Assembly: GCA_963845085.1 (NCBI GenBank) | Contig: CAWJQI010000004.1 | Location: forward strand, 1 to 64,000 | DNA length: 64,000 nucleotides | Direction: 5' to 3' | From: Candidatus Fermentibacterota bacterium | GTDB lineage: Bacteria; Fermentibacterota; Fermentibacteria; Fermentibacterales; JCC-6 | In this document: positions 48,897 through 58,977 of the stretch, piece by piece | Position numbering within the stretch: position 1 is the first letter of the stretch | How the letters are laid out: each line of letters starts with the position of its first letter | Notes under the pieces: generated by a model | What the model saw: only the letters and a program-made list of their open reading frames with translations | Databases searched by the model: none | Told to the model about the DNA's origin: nothing | Made by a program: the position numbers and the translations under genes

Positions 48897-50023
48897 CGGC
48901 CGTCCCGGGTGTCATCCCCGGCCTGGTCGGTGGAACCGAAGCGCTTCCCGAACTCCCTGGAATCCTCGTCATCGGCCCTCTGAAGAAGGTCCTCGCCGTC
49001 CTTCGCCTTTCTCACCGCAAGGTAGCAGAGCGTCCAGAAAGACGCGCAGCTCGAAAGCCAGTACGAGAAAATGATGAGCGCGATCGCAACTCCGGAGAGG
49101 GAGGCCAGCCAGCCCGCGGCCCCATGCCATGCGAAAGGATCGCCCGCGAGGCTGCCGAGCGGCGAAAGGAATGAGCCGTAGTGGGATATGAGCTGGGGCG
49201 CGGCCGTGTGCAGCCCGCCCTGGACTGAAGTGGCCAGGCCGGTATTGCCCATCCCGATGCCGACCCCGAAGGCAACTATGGCCATGGCGCCCCGTGCGAA
49301 TGCCATGAACAACAAAAGGGCTGCGGCCCTCGCGATCAGACCGGTTGCCATGTAGAGAATGATCCTGAAGGGTTGCGACGTTATGGAACTGAACAGCTCG
49401 AACAGGGTCTCGAAGGTGTCGCCCCTGGTGCAGGCGGTGATGGCCGGCACCATGAAGATGGACAGCAGGAGGGCGATCAGCGCGAGGACCCCGAACAGCG
49501 AGATCCCCCAGGCAGGAACCGCAAGGATGCCTGCGATCACCGGCCCGGCACCCGGTATCCGACCGATCAGGCCCATGATGAAGAGCTTGACGAACAGGAT
49601 GGAGAGCCCTGCAAGCACTGCGACGGGAACCATCAGCAGGGGCTTCCTGTTCCCGCGATGGAACTCGAGGGCGTCCCTTCCGCTGTAGAAGCCGTCGCCC
49701 CTGATCTGCTCGAACGTTATCCGGCCGACCTTCTGGAAGGCGGACATGATGATCCACAGGCATGCAAGGAGCGCGGCCGCCATGAAAATGAGCGCGACGG
49801 TGCTCTCAAGGAACAGCCCCTCGGGTATGGGGAAGAGCCTGGAAACCTGCCACCGCCCCGCCATGGAATCTCCGGCTGCGAAAAAGCCGAGGTAGACCAT
49901 GCCCGACCAGACGAGCCACGAAAGGACCAGGGCCTTCCAGACAACCCAGAGGTTCCTCGCGCTCAGACCGTACTTAACTGAAAGGAGCATGTCCCTTATG
50001 TCAAAATGGAGCTTGTGGATCAT
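48893..50023 (-). CDS. Hypothetical polytopic membrane protein
   Basis: Six or more TM segments; ATGA overlap with dnaE. Confidence 0.75.
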   Translation of the reverse strand: MIHKLHFDIRDMLLSVKYGLSARNLWVVWKALVLSWLVWSGMVYLGFFAAGDSMAGRWQVSRLFPIPEGLFLESTVALIFMAAALLACLWIIMSAFQKVGRITFEQIRGDGFYSGRDALEFHRGNRKPLLMVPVAVLAGLSILFVKLFIMGLIGRIPGAGPVIAGILAVPAWGISLFGVLALIALLLSIFMVPAITACTRGDTFETLFELFSSITSQPFRIILYMATGLIARAAALLLFMAFARGAMAIVAFGVGIGMGNTGLATSVQGGLHTAAPQLISHYGSFLSPLGSLAGDPFAWHGAAGWLASLSGVAIALIIFSYWLSSCASFWTLCYLAVRKAKDGEDLLQRADDEDSREFGKRFGSTDQAGDDTRDGR

Positions 50024-50715
50024 TACAATCCTCCCTGCTTGCTGTTCCCGGTTCCTTCCGATGCTGCCCTATCATACTCCCGGCCCCGGTTTCACGGAAG
50101 TTCACGGCCAGGCAGACCACGTCGGAAGCGCCGGCCCGCTCGAGGGCGATGCGGGCGTTCGCAAGGGTTTCCCCGGTTGCCCGTACATCGTCGAGAAGCC
50201 ATATCCTTCCGGGCGGAACCTTCTTCGTCACCCGGAACGCCCCCTTCAGGTTGTGCCTTCGCTCATCCGCCGTCAGGCCGACCTGACTCGGGCCGGGATT
50301 TCTCCCGAGCAGCACGCTGAAGCGGGCTCCGGTCAGGGCACTCACCCGGCGCGCGATGATCTCAACCTGGTTGTAGCCCCTTTTACGAAGGGTGCTTCGG
50401 GACGAGGGCACACATGTTACGGTTTCACCCCGTGACGGGATGCTGTCCCACTCCCCCGTCGCCATCTCGGCGAGAACGGAGCCGAGGTGTCTTTCCCCGT
50501 GATACTTCAGCCTGATCATCATGTCGCGCATTACACCCTGGTGAAGAAAGGCGGCGTGCCGTGGGGCCGTCGTCACGCTCCGGCACCGGTCGCACCCGGG
50601 CAAGACACCATGGGCAGAGATTAGAGCCCTTCGCCGGTGCCCTTCCTCCGCATCCCGGGCACATTGTAAGGAAGAAAAGGCTCAGGATCTTCTTCGCTGC
50701 CGATGGTAGAGCCAT
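50001..50715 (-). pseudogene. comF: ComF family protein (Zn ribbon plus PRTase), frameshifted as assembled (+1 near 50565)
   Basis: CPGC..LCPWC in one frame; LKY, RGYNQ, LLDDVRATGET in the next. Confidence 0.85.
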
Positions 50716-51491
50716 GTTCCCAGAACAGGCGAGGCTATGAGCATGAGCAGGCTGAACACCTGGTTGTCGGTTATGCCTGATCGTCCTGCAAAGGCGCTGT
50801 AGCCCAATAGATCGATCGGAAGGTGGTCGAAGTGCCGAAACTCCTCCAGCCCGAAGCGTGTTGCGCCGTACAGCCCGAGGAACAGGCAGAAGATGAAGCC
50901 CGGGAAATGGCGGCGTCTGTCGGCGAGCAGAAGAGCGGCGAACATGAACAGGCCCGCTGCCGACGCGTAAAGCTGGGCAGGGTGGATGGGTATCGAACCG
51001 TATGACTCCCATGGCAGCGAGCCGGGGGGGAAGCAGACTCCCAGTGCACTGTGCGTGGGCGAGCCGAAACAGCATCCATTGAGGAAACACCCGATGCGGG
51101 TGATGAATATTCCGAGCGGAAACGCCGGAATGACTGCATCGGCGAGTTCCCATGTCGGCCAGTGCCTGCGGGCGATGTAGGTGAACCCGGTAATGACTGC
51201 GAGGATCACTCCGCCAAGCATGCTGAGGCCGTAAAGACCGTTCCAGAAGGCGATGATTTGTATCGGAGAGCTTGCGAACTCCCCGAGATGGGTGACCACG
51301 TAGAGCGCCCTCGACCCGACAACGGCGGCGAGCATGATCCAGACACCCATTGATGTGATGTCATCGGAGGGTATGCCCCTTCGGGCGCTCCGCCTGGCGG
51401 CGAGTTTCACCCCGAGCAGAAACGACAGTGCCAGGGCAAGCCCGTAGGAATTCAGCGGCACGCTGCCTATCCTCAAGAGAACGGGATGCAT
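50682..51491 (-). CDS. lgt: Prolipoprotein diacylglyceryl transferase
   Basis: SYG, GSRALYV, RIGCFLNGCCFG, HPAQLY, RFGLEEFR. Confidence 0.93.
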   Translation of the reverse strand: MHPVLLRIGSVPLNSYGLALALSFLLGVKLAARRSARRGIPSDDITSMGVWIMLAAVVGSRALYVVTHLGEFASSPIQIIAFWNGLYGLSMLGGVILAVITGFTYIARRHWPTWELADAVIPAFPLGIFITRIGCFLNGCCFGSPTHSALGVCFPPGSLPWESYGSIPIHPAQLYASAAGLFMFAALLLADRRRHFPGFIFCLFLGLYGATRFGLEEFRHFDHLPIDLLGYSAFAGRSGITDNQVFSLLMLIASPVLGTWLYHRQRRRS

Positions 51492-51646
51492 GTTTCCCTC
51501 CTTTTCCAAGAGTGGAATCTAACAGCTGCCGGCCTCCCCCTACCAGCTTCACTGATCAGGATCAACGACACACCTTTTACTGATTAGATAAAGTTCTTAA
51601 ATTTATGTTCTGATTGCGGACGGCTGCGTTCACAAAGCCATCCCCT

Positions 51647-51675
51647 TTGCATAAAACCCGGTTCCTATATAGGTT
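51647..51675 (+). promoter_or_regulatory. Putative sigma70 promoter of the selenoprotein gene
   Basis: TTGCAT-N17-TAGGTT in an AT-rich intergenic region. Confidence 0.4.
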
Positions 51676-51750
51676 ATCAGTCAGATATGAATTCCTTCCC
51701 ATATGTGCACGGATTCGAACATAAAGCCACCCTGTGAACGGAGGTCCCGA

Positions 51751-52752
51751 ATGAAGCTTTTCGCGATCGCAGTCGCCCTGGTCGCAGCGGTCTCGCTGGC
51801 CGCACCGAGGGTCGTACTTTTTGAAGAGTTCACATCCACTGGTTGAGGATACTGCGGAAGCAGCTGGTCAGCTGTTAAAGCCCTCGTAAACACTTATGTC
51901 GCGAATGATCAGATAGCCCCTCAGATCCTCTTCTTCAACGGTCCCGCATCAGGTGCCTACAGCTCCGCAAGAATCGCTTTCTACGGGGTCGGAGCAACAC
52001 CCACATTCAAGATCGACGGCCTTCTTTCGCAGGCCGGCTGGAGCCAGGCCGTCGTCCAGAACCACATCAACAACAGGCTCAACGTCCCGGCCCATGTTTC
52101 CTTTGACATCAACTTCGTCGGCAACGCATCCGGGGGAACCGCGTACTACAGCATCACAGCGGAAGAGGATCCGGGCGTCGGCAACCTGAAGGTCTGGTCG
52201 GCCGTTGTTGAAAGCCATGACATCGCCTACAGCGCTTACGGTGTCTACAACGGTCAGGAGCTCATGTGGGAACCCAGGGCATGGCCCCTGGGAAGCACCG
52301 GCACCGTGATCAACTTCACCGGCCCCTTCCCGCAGACGGTGTACGCCATGGGTTCCTACACCCTCGATCCCTCAGTGCACAGCTTCGAAAACCTTGAAGT
52401 TGTCACATACGTTCAGGCGGGCACGGGGACCAAAGAGGTTCTCAACGCCAGCTTCATCGACCTTCCGGACACGGCCACCGGCACATACGAGGGCTCCTTC
52501 ACGCCCGTTGACGGAAATGCGCTTCTCTTCGCGGGGCCTAACCCCTGCGACGGTCAGTTCACCGTAACCTCCGCCCTGCCCCAGGGGCAGACCGGAACCG
52601 TTTCGGTTTATGACCTCGGCGGAAGAATGGTTCAGAGCTTCGCCGCCGGCTGCTCGGTCAACGCGGTCATCGAGGAAACGGGTTTGTACTTCGTGCGCCT
52701 TGTGACCAGCACCGGTCTGGTCGAGAACAGGCAGATCGCTGTCGTAAGGTAG
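51751..52752 (+). CDS. Secreted Omp28-like thioredoxin-fold selenoprotein (UxxC) with T9SS/FlgD-type C-terminal domain
   Basis: GGAGG RBS; signal peptide; VLFEEFTSTG-TGA-GYC; YGVGATPTFKIDG cis-Pro loop; frame open for 333 codons apart from TGA at 51844-51846; PNP...YDLGGRMV...GLYFVRL tail. Confidence 0.85.
51859..51876 (+). promoter_or_regulatory. Bacterial SECIS element
   Basis: AGCAGCT-GGTC-AGCTGTT hairpin starting 12 nt after the UGA. Confidence 0.75.
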
Positions 52753-52768
52753 TTTCGGAAAACCTGTC

Positions 52769-52792
52769 GGGGGGCGCATGACTGCGCCCCCC
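52769..52792. terminator. Terminator hairpin between the selenoprotein gene and rodA
   Basis: GGGGGGCGCA-TGAC-TGCGCCCCCC, perfect 10-bp stem. Confidence 0.7.
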
Positions 52793-52898
52793 TTCGCTTA
52801 AAGAGTTTGACGGCTTGCCGGCCCACGAGCTGTCAGGATAATCGGGGCCACTTCTGTTAGTGAATCACAGTGCCATTCCGGTCCGGAACGCGCCCCCG

Positions 52899-54089
52899 CT
52901 ACCAGCTTCTCCAGTTGCGGGCTGCGTTCAATGCCAGCCCGACCATGAACATCTCCGTGACAATGTGGCTTCCGCCGTAAGTCATCAGCGGCAGGGGAAG
53001 GCCGGTCACGGGCATGATGCCCACGGCCATCCCGATGTTCACGAATACATGGATCAGGAAGTAGACCGCCACACCCGCCGCGAGGATGGAGTTGAACGGG
53101 TTGATGGAGCGCCTGGCGGCAAGAAGTATCCGCCATATCAGAAGGACGAACAGGCTGAGAAGGATGATCGATCCGAGGAAGCCGAACTCCTCGGCGTAAA
53201 CGCTGAAAATGAAGTCGGTGTGCCGGGCGGGCAGATAGGCGAGCATTTTCTGTGTTCCGTGAAGAAATCCCTGGCCATAGAAACGCCCGGCACCCACCGC
53301 AACCTGCGACTGGATGATGTTCCATCCTGCGCCCTGGGGATCGCGGCCCGGGTCGAGGAAGGTGGTCAGCCTGGCTTTCTGGTACGGCATCAGAAGGTTC
53401 CATGCAAGGGGCGTCAGCGCGGCCACGGCCGTGTTGGAGATCGTGAGAAGGGCCCATTTCCAGCCGGGTGCCCTGTCCCGGTAGAGCACGGCGCAGAGCA
53501 GGAGGGTGAAGAGCAGCCACCACGCAAGGCCGATTGATGAGGCGGCCGCCAGGATCGGGCTCACGAAGAGGAAGATCCATCGGAAGCCGAAACCTGCCCA
53601 GTAGACCATGCCGAGCACAGTGAGCCCCATGGCGACTCCCGTTCCAAGGTCGGGCTGCAGAACGGTGAGTCCCACCAGAAGGCCGACTCCGCCGATAAAG
53701 ATGGGGCCGCTCCACCTGACCGCCCCGCTTTTCAGCGTGGGCAGCCATCTCGCTGAGATGATGATGAGTGCGGTCTTGGCGAACTCGGAAGCCTGGAGGT
53801 TCATGGGGCCGATGATCAACCAGCGCCCTGCGGGACCGCGGCCGAAAAAGATTGTCAGAATGAGCAGGAGGGCCACCGGAGGGTACACGAAGGGTGACAG
53901 CTCCTCAACCGCCCTCAGGGGGAATTTGTAGGCGATCAGAAGTGCAATGACACCGACAGCAACAACAGCCAGCTGCCTGTAGAAAAGCTCGCCTCCGGAA
54001 GTGGCCGAGTACACGGAAAGAAGGCCGATGCAGAGCAATCCGGAGAGCGACCCGATGAGTATGAGGTCCGGCCTGTCACCAGCGCGCAT
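52899..54089 (-). CDS. rodA: Rod shape-determining protein RodA
   Basis: QASEFAK, QPDLGT, HTDFIFSVYAEEFG, PVTGLPLPLMTYGGS. Confidence 0.95.
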   Translation of the reverse strand: MRAGDRPDLILIGSLSGLLCIGLLSVYSATSGGELFYRQLAVVAVGVIALLIAYKFPLRAVEELSPFVYPPVALLLILTIFFGRGPAGRWLIIGPMNLQASEFAKTALIIISARWLPTLKSGAVRWSGPIFIGGVGLLVGLTVLQPDLGTGVAMGLTVLGMVYWAGFGFRWIFLFVSPILAAASSIGLAWWLLFTLLLCAVLYRDRAPGWKWALLTISNTAVAALTPLAWNLLMPYQKARLTTFLDPGRDPQGAGWNIIQSQVAVGAGRFYGQGFLHGTQKMLAYLPARHTDFIFSVYAEEFGFLGSIILLSLFVLLIWRILLAARRSINPFNSILAAGVAVYFLIHVFVNIGMAVGIMPVTGLPLPLMTYGGSHIVTEMFMVGLALNAARNWRSW

Positions 54090-55809
54090 CGGGGTACATC
54101 CTCTCGAGAGTTCTCTCGATGATTGCCAGGGCGAGGGGGCCCGCCACAGCGCCGCCGGACCCGCCGTGTTCGACGAAAACGGCGTAAGAGATGGGGGCTG
54201 GTTGTGGCAGATAACCGCATACCCAGGCATGGTCGCTTCCGGCATGGGCTTCCGCCGTGCCGCTTTTTGCCCTAATCGGAATGGGGCTTTCTCCCATCGG
54301 GCCGTGAAGTGTTCCGTTGCGCCTCGTCACCGCTGATCTCAATCCCCTGTCTATCTCATCGAAGGTCTCCGGGGCGACAAGAGGGGTGAGTTTCACTCCG
54401 CAAGGCTCATCCCCCAGGATGAGGGAAAGCCGTGGCATTTCACCCCGTGCGGCAACGAGCCCCGAAACAACGGCCATCTGGAGTGGTGAGGCAAGAAGCT
54501 CGCCCTGGCCGATCGAAAGGTTCAGAAGGTTTCCCTGCCCCCAGCCCCCGGCTCCGTACAGGTCGTTCATGTACTCCCTGTCGGGCACTACGCCCGCAGC
54601 CTCTCCGGGAAGAAGGTTGGTGAGCCGGGCGCCCAATCCCATCGAGCGGGCGATCACTGCAAGGTCGTCCATGTTCCCGTTCTCGGCCGCCCTGTAGAAG
54701 TAGCTGTCGCAGGAAACGGTCAGTGCCTCCTCCAGATTCAGCCTTCCGTGCACGCCCCAGCAGCGAAAAACGTTTCCGCCGTAGCTCACGGAACCGTAGC
54801 AGGGGTCGGGCATCGAACCGGGGGTAACGATCCCCTCTTCAAGGAGCCACGCGGTGGTTACTATCTTGAAGGTCGAGGCGGGGGGATAGGCGGTGCTCCA
54901 GGCCCTGTTCAGCAGGGGTTTCAGCGGGTTGTTCAGAATGGCGTTCCAGTCTTCGGCGGCGATGCCTCCGATAAACAGGTTCGGATCGAAGCCCGGAACC
55001 GACGAAAGGCAAAGTATCTCACCCGTGGACCAGTCCAGGATCACTGCTGCCCCGGAACTCCCAGTGGCGAAGAGAACACTGTCTGCATACACCTGAAGGG
55101 CGGCGTCTATCGTGAGCGAGATGTCCTCGCCTGGAACAGGGGTGCTCTCGGGAGAGTCACCGAACGTGTCGACAACCCTTCCGTAGGCGTCTACGACCTC
55201 ACGGATGAACCCGGGCGATCCGGCGAGCCTGTCGTTGAGTATTCGCTCGAGCCCTGTGACGCCGGTCAGCTCGCCCTGATAGCGGGCGTTGCTGTCAGCC
55301 AGACTGACATACCCCATCAGGTGACAGAACGTGTTCCCAAGCCTGTACCTTCTTCTCGGGGACACCGAAACAATGACGCCGGGCAGCCTGTAGGAGTTGT
55401 CGGCCACCGGGGCGACGCTTTCAAGATCAAGGTCCTCCCTGACAACAATCGCCCGATATGGCGACTGGGCTGCGGCTTCGAGCCTTTCCGCAAGGGCTTC
55501 GTCGGTCATGGAAAGAAGGTCGGCGAGCACCTTCGTATTGGCAACGTCGAACTCGGAATGGATGACGGACACAGCGAAGGCCGGTTCATTGTCTGCAATG
55601 ACCTCGCCGAACCTGTCCGTCACTATTCCCCTGGGAGCCGGAACGGCCACATTCCTTATCCTGTTGCGCGCAGCGAGCTCGCTGTAGTACTGGCCCTTCG
55701 CAAGCTGCAGATAGACCAGTCTGACCGTGAGCACGAGAAACAGCCCGAGCACGATGAAGATCATGCTCCTCATTGGCCAGTCCCTGCCCTGGTGGGGCTT
55801 GCCGCTCAT
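54076..55809 (-). CDS. mrdA: Penicillin-binding protein 2
   Basis: APRGIVTDR; STFK, SCD and KSG active-site motifs; mre operon context. Confidence 0.93.
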   Translation of the reverse strand: MSGKPHQGRDWPMRSMIFIVLGLFLVLTVRLVYLQLAKGQYYSELAARNRIRNVAVPAPRGIVTDRFGEVIADNEPAFAVSVIHSEFDVANTKVLADLLSMTDEALAERLEAAAQSPYRAIVVREDLDLESVAPVADNSYRLPGVIVSVSPRRRYRLGNTFCHLMGYVSLADSNARYQGELTGVTGLERILNDRLAGSPGFIREVVDAYGRVVDTFGDSPESTPVPGEDISLTIDAALQVYADSVLFATGSSGAAVILDWSTGEILCLSSVPGFDPNLFIGGIAAEDWNAILNNPLKPLLNRAWSTAYPPASTFKIVTTAWLLEEGIVTPGSMPDPCYGSVSYGGNVFRCWGVHGRLNLEEALTVSCDSYFYRAAENGNMDDLAVIARSMGLGARLTNLLPGEAAGVVPDREYMNDLYGAGGWGQGNLLNLSIGQGELLASPLQMAVVSGLVAARGEMPRLSLILGDEPCGVKLTPLVAPETFDEIDRGLRSAVTRRNGTLHGPMGESPIPIRAKSGTAEAHAGSDHAWVCGYLPQPAPISYAVFVEHGGSGGAVAGPLALAIIERTLERMYPDARW

Positions 55810-56285
55810 GCAGCCCTGCTCCGGACGTGGAAGAATACCGTCTGGATGACCGCGAGGAGCAACAGGGGCGCGATGATCCTTGGAAACAGGTAAAGAACCC
55901 TCACTCCGAAATAGGCTCCCGGAGGCCTTGAAGCGAGGAGAACGAAAATCAGGTCGCTGAAAATCGATGAGAGGGCCGCATGCGAGTAGAAGGATATCCC
56001 TCCGGCAGCCGTGGTGGTGCTGAGCAGGCTTCGGGCGGCAAGAATTCCAAGGATGAGCGCAAGGGAGGATATGCCGGGCGGCTGGTGGGTCAGCAGATCA
56101 AGGCACAGGCCGGTGAAGAACGCGCCCTCCACACCCCAGCCACGGTCCCGGTTAAGGCTGAGGTAGACAAGAAGCGGAACCAGGATGTTCGGCGCTGCGA
56201 GCACCCGTCCAAGGGTTACTTCCAAAAGGAACTGAGCAACCACTGTCACTGTGACGGCAATGGCGTCCCAGAGAGAGACTCTCAT
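55806..56285 (-). CDS. mreD: Rod shape-determining protein MreD
   Basis: Hydrophobic, PN...GLCLDL; lies between mreC and mrdA. Confidence 0.8.
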   Translation of the reverse strand: MRVSLWDAIAVTVTVVAQFLLEVTLGRVLAAPNILVPLLVYLSLNRDRGWGVEGAFFTGLCLDLLTHQPPGISSLALILGILAARSLLSTTTAAGGISFYSHAALSSIFSDLIFVLLASRPPGAYFGVRVLYLFPRIIAPLLLLAVIQTVFFHVRSRAA

Positions 56286-57031
56286 TCCGCACCGTTGCTG
56301 TAGGGAAGAAGGATGAGAACCTCGCCCAGCCTCCTGAAATCCACTGCAGGATCGATGCCGAGTGATATGTCGAGCCCGCCGGGCTCCTCCTCGAGTGAGA
56401 TCACCGTGCCGATCACTATGCCGTCGGGGTAGACGCCGCCGAACCTGCTGGTGAGCACCTGTTCGCCGACCTTCGGGGGTACTGCGAGGTCAACATGACT
56501 CATGCGAAGCCTGCCATCGGCATTGGCCGAGACAAGCCCCATGGCGCCCGATTCCGCGCAGACGGCACTCACCAGAACCCCCGGAAGTGTCACGGGCAGA
56601 ACGGTGCAGGTCTCTTCATCAACAGCGTCAACCACTCCGACCAGCCCTGCGGCAGCGATGCATGCAGAGCCGGTGACCACGCTGTCACGTTCTCCGCGGT
56701 CGAGAACGAACCCACCGCCAACAAGGCCTTCCGTCCTGAAAAGCACCCTCGCTACCAGGGCCCTCGTCTCGGGCAGTCTTACGTATCCAAGCAGTTCCCT
56801 GTAAAGTGCGGTCTTCATTGCGGCTTCCCTCAGCCTGGCGTTCTCGAGCATGAGTTCAAGGACCAGGGTGCGGGTGTAGTAGCCGTCCTCCCGGCCGGGG
56901 TCCTTGAAGAACAGCCCGGCGAACATCGCTCCGAGCCTGCTTCCGATCCCGTAGATGAGGGCGGGACCCAGAATGATCAGAATGACTGAAAGAAGGATGT
57001 ATGCCGGCAGTTTTCTGCGGGAGCGGTCCAT
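56282..57031 (-). CDS. mreC: Rod shape-determining protein MreC
   Basis: ENARLRE, GLVGVV, TSRFGGVYPDGIVIG, PAVDF. Confidence 0.9.
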   Translation of the reverse strand: MDRSRRKLPAYILLSVILIILGPALIYGIGSRLGAMFAGLFFKDPGREDGYYTRTLVLELMLENARLREAAMKTALYRELLGYVRLPETRALVARVLFRTEGLVGGGFVLDRGERDSVVTGSACIAAAGLVGVVDAVDEETCTVLPVTLPGVLVSAVCAESGAMGLVSANADGRLRMSHVDLAVPPKVGEQVLTSRFGGVYPDGIVIGTVISLEEEPGGLDISLGIDPAVDFRRLGEVLILLPYSNGAE

Positions 57032-57032
57032 A

Positions 57033-58082
57033 TCAATCCAGAAGGAGTTTCCTGTAGCGGAACAGGTCCCCAAGAATGATGCCGGCACCGAGAACCGTGC
57101 ACGCCAGTGGATTGTCGGCGATCCTTATGGGAAGGCCCGTCTCGCCCTCCAGCAGCGTATCGATGCCCCGGAGAAGCGCACCACCCCCCGTGAGAACTAT
57201 CCCGCGGTCGACTATGTCGCGTGCGAGTTCTGCAGGGGTCTTTTCAAGCGCCTGGTGAACCGCTTCGACGATCTGTCCGACGGGAACCCTGAGCGCCTCG
57301 AGAATATCCTGTGATCGAACCCTGTAGGTTCTGGGAACCCCGTTGATGAGATCGAGCCCGCTCACCTCCATATCGTCGGACCTGCCTTCCGTTACCGCTC
57401 CAAGCGTGATCTTCACCGTCTCCGCGGTACGTTCGCCGACGAGCAGGCTGAAATGCTTCTTGAGATATCCCTGGATCGCCTCGTTCATCTCATCGCCGCC
57501 AACCCGGATCGAGTTCTCCGCGGCGATCGAATTGAGGCTGATCACAGCTATTTCAGTTGTTCCGCCACCAATGTCTACCACCATGTTCCCGGGCGCGCCC
57601 TCGACCGGCAACCCGACCCCGAGTGCAGAGGCCAGGGGCTCGGGCACCATCAGGACCTCCCTTGCGCCGGCCCTCTCGAGGGAGTTCCTTACGGCTGTCT
57701 TTTCCACCTCGGTTATCCCGCTCGGGACGCAGACAAGAACCCTCGGCCTCATTGAGAACCTTCGGGTCTGGCTTCTCGCAAAAAATTCTCTGAGCATGGC
57801 GAGTGTAGCGGTTGCGTTCGTGATCACGCCGTCCTTCAGTGGTCTTATCACTGTGAGGTCCCTGTTGGTCCTGCCCAGCATGATCTTGGCATCGTTCCCG
57901 ACGGCAACGACAGCGCCGCTGTCGTTCTCGACAGCGATAACGCTGGGTTCCTCAAGCACGATACCCCTGTTCTCCACGAAAACGAGGGTATTGGCTGTCC
58001 CCAGGTCAATTGCCATGGAGGAGGAAAGGATGCCACCGCCCTCGCTGCCGGTAAACCGACGGAATATGCCTCTCAGATCCAT
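57033..58082 (-). CDS. mreB: Rod shape-determining protein MreB
   Basis: IDLGTANT, DIGGGTTE, LTGGGALL. Confidence 0.97.
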   Translation of the reverse strand: MDLRGIFRRFTGSEGGGILSSSMAIDLGTANTLVFVENRGIVLEEPSVIAVENDSGAVVAVGNDAKIMLGRTNRDLTVIRPLKDGVITNATATLAMLREFFARSQTRRFSMRPRVLVCVPSGITEVEKTAVRNSLERAGAREVLMVPEPLASALGVGLPVEGAPGNMVVDIGGGTTEIAVISLNSIAAENSIRVGGDEMNEAIQGYLKKHFSLLVGERTAETVKITLGAVTEGRSDDMEVSGLDLINGVPRTYRVRSQDILEALRVPVGQIVEAVHQALEKTPAELARDIVDRGIVLTGGGALLRGIDTLLEGETGLPIRIADNPLACTVLGAGIILGDLFRYRKLLLD

Positions 58083-58212
58083 GAGTTACCGCAACCCCCT
58101 TAGGAACGTTCCGATGCTTCTCCATCACGGACAGCAACATATAACACATCAGCAGAAACAAGGGTACCCTTGGCGGGTACGAACACTGTTTCCTTGTTAA
58201 CCGGGGTGTGAG

Positions 58213-58977
58213 TTAACGGATGGGCGGCTCAGGAGTAAGACGCCATGGCGCGTGCGGTTCGAGCGTGTCAACAGGTACGGGGATGCGAAGCATCCAGATC
58301 TCTTCCCAGGGCTCGGTGGACACATCAATGGTTGACAATGTAAACTCTGTTGTGCCTGAGGCAGTTACAACACTCCAGCCACCCGGCCAGGCCTCGTATT
58401 CGTCATGCCATGATGACCGGGTCACACACGCTTCCATGTCACCGAGGGCAAGCCTTGACGGAAAAAGACCGCCCGAATACTCAATGACCGCCGTGTCGCC
58501 GGCGGCTTCGAATCGCCAGCCATTCCCGTCGAAAAGTTCCACCATTACCCAGTGCTCGGGCTGGACGGGAAAACCGGTTCTGATAAGGGACAGAATTGAA
58601 AGGACAGGGAGAACTCCCCTGCCGGCTCTCAGACCGCCCGGCTGGAAGAATGCTGAGCCATCGCCGGGGAAATAGCAGAGAAAGCCGAGCGAATCGCACA
58701 GGAAGCTGGCCACCGGTCTTCCGTCCGGACCGTACATGTCACCCCTCAGACGGGGTGGGAACCGGGTTCCCCAGACAACGAAGGGACCTTCGGCGACAAG
58801 GCTTTCACCTGCGGCTCGGGCGCGTCCCCTCAACTGAAAGTGATCGAGATTCTCCCAGCAGAACGATGCCCTCGCCGCGTATCTGGATGAGGAATCAAGG
58901 CCGGAGCCGTCACGGACGCCGCATCCTGCCGAAATGATCGCGGCCAGCAGGGCGGGGACCAAAAGCCTTCGGGCCAT
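58213..58977 (-). CDS. Hypothetical lipoprotein (possibly LolA/LolB-like fold)
   Basis: Lipobox ISAGC; beta-rich sequence; fold assignment is a guess. Confidence 0.6.
   Translation of the reverse strand: MARRLLVPALLAAIISAGCGVRDGSGLDSSSRYAARASFCWENLDHFQLRGRARAAGESLVAEGPFVVWGTRFPPRLRGDMYGPDGRPVASFLCDSLGFLCYFPGDGSAFFQPGGLRAGRGVLPVLSILSLIRTGFPVQPEHWVMVELFDGNGWRFEAAGDTAVIEYSGGLFPSRLALGDMEACVTRSSWHDEYEAWPGGWSVVTASGTTEFTLSTIDVSTEPWEEIWMLRIPVPVDTLEPHAPWRLTPEPPIR

Noticed and set aside
51844..51846. TGA as Trp or Gly through an alternative genetic code, or a nonsense pseudogene
   Set aside because: Many genes here end in TGA with coupled starts (dnaE, mreB, hyfF); the codon aligns with a catalytic Cys and is followed by a SECIS-like hairpin.
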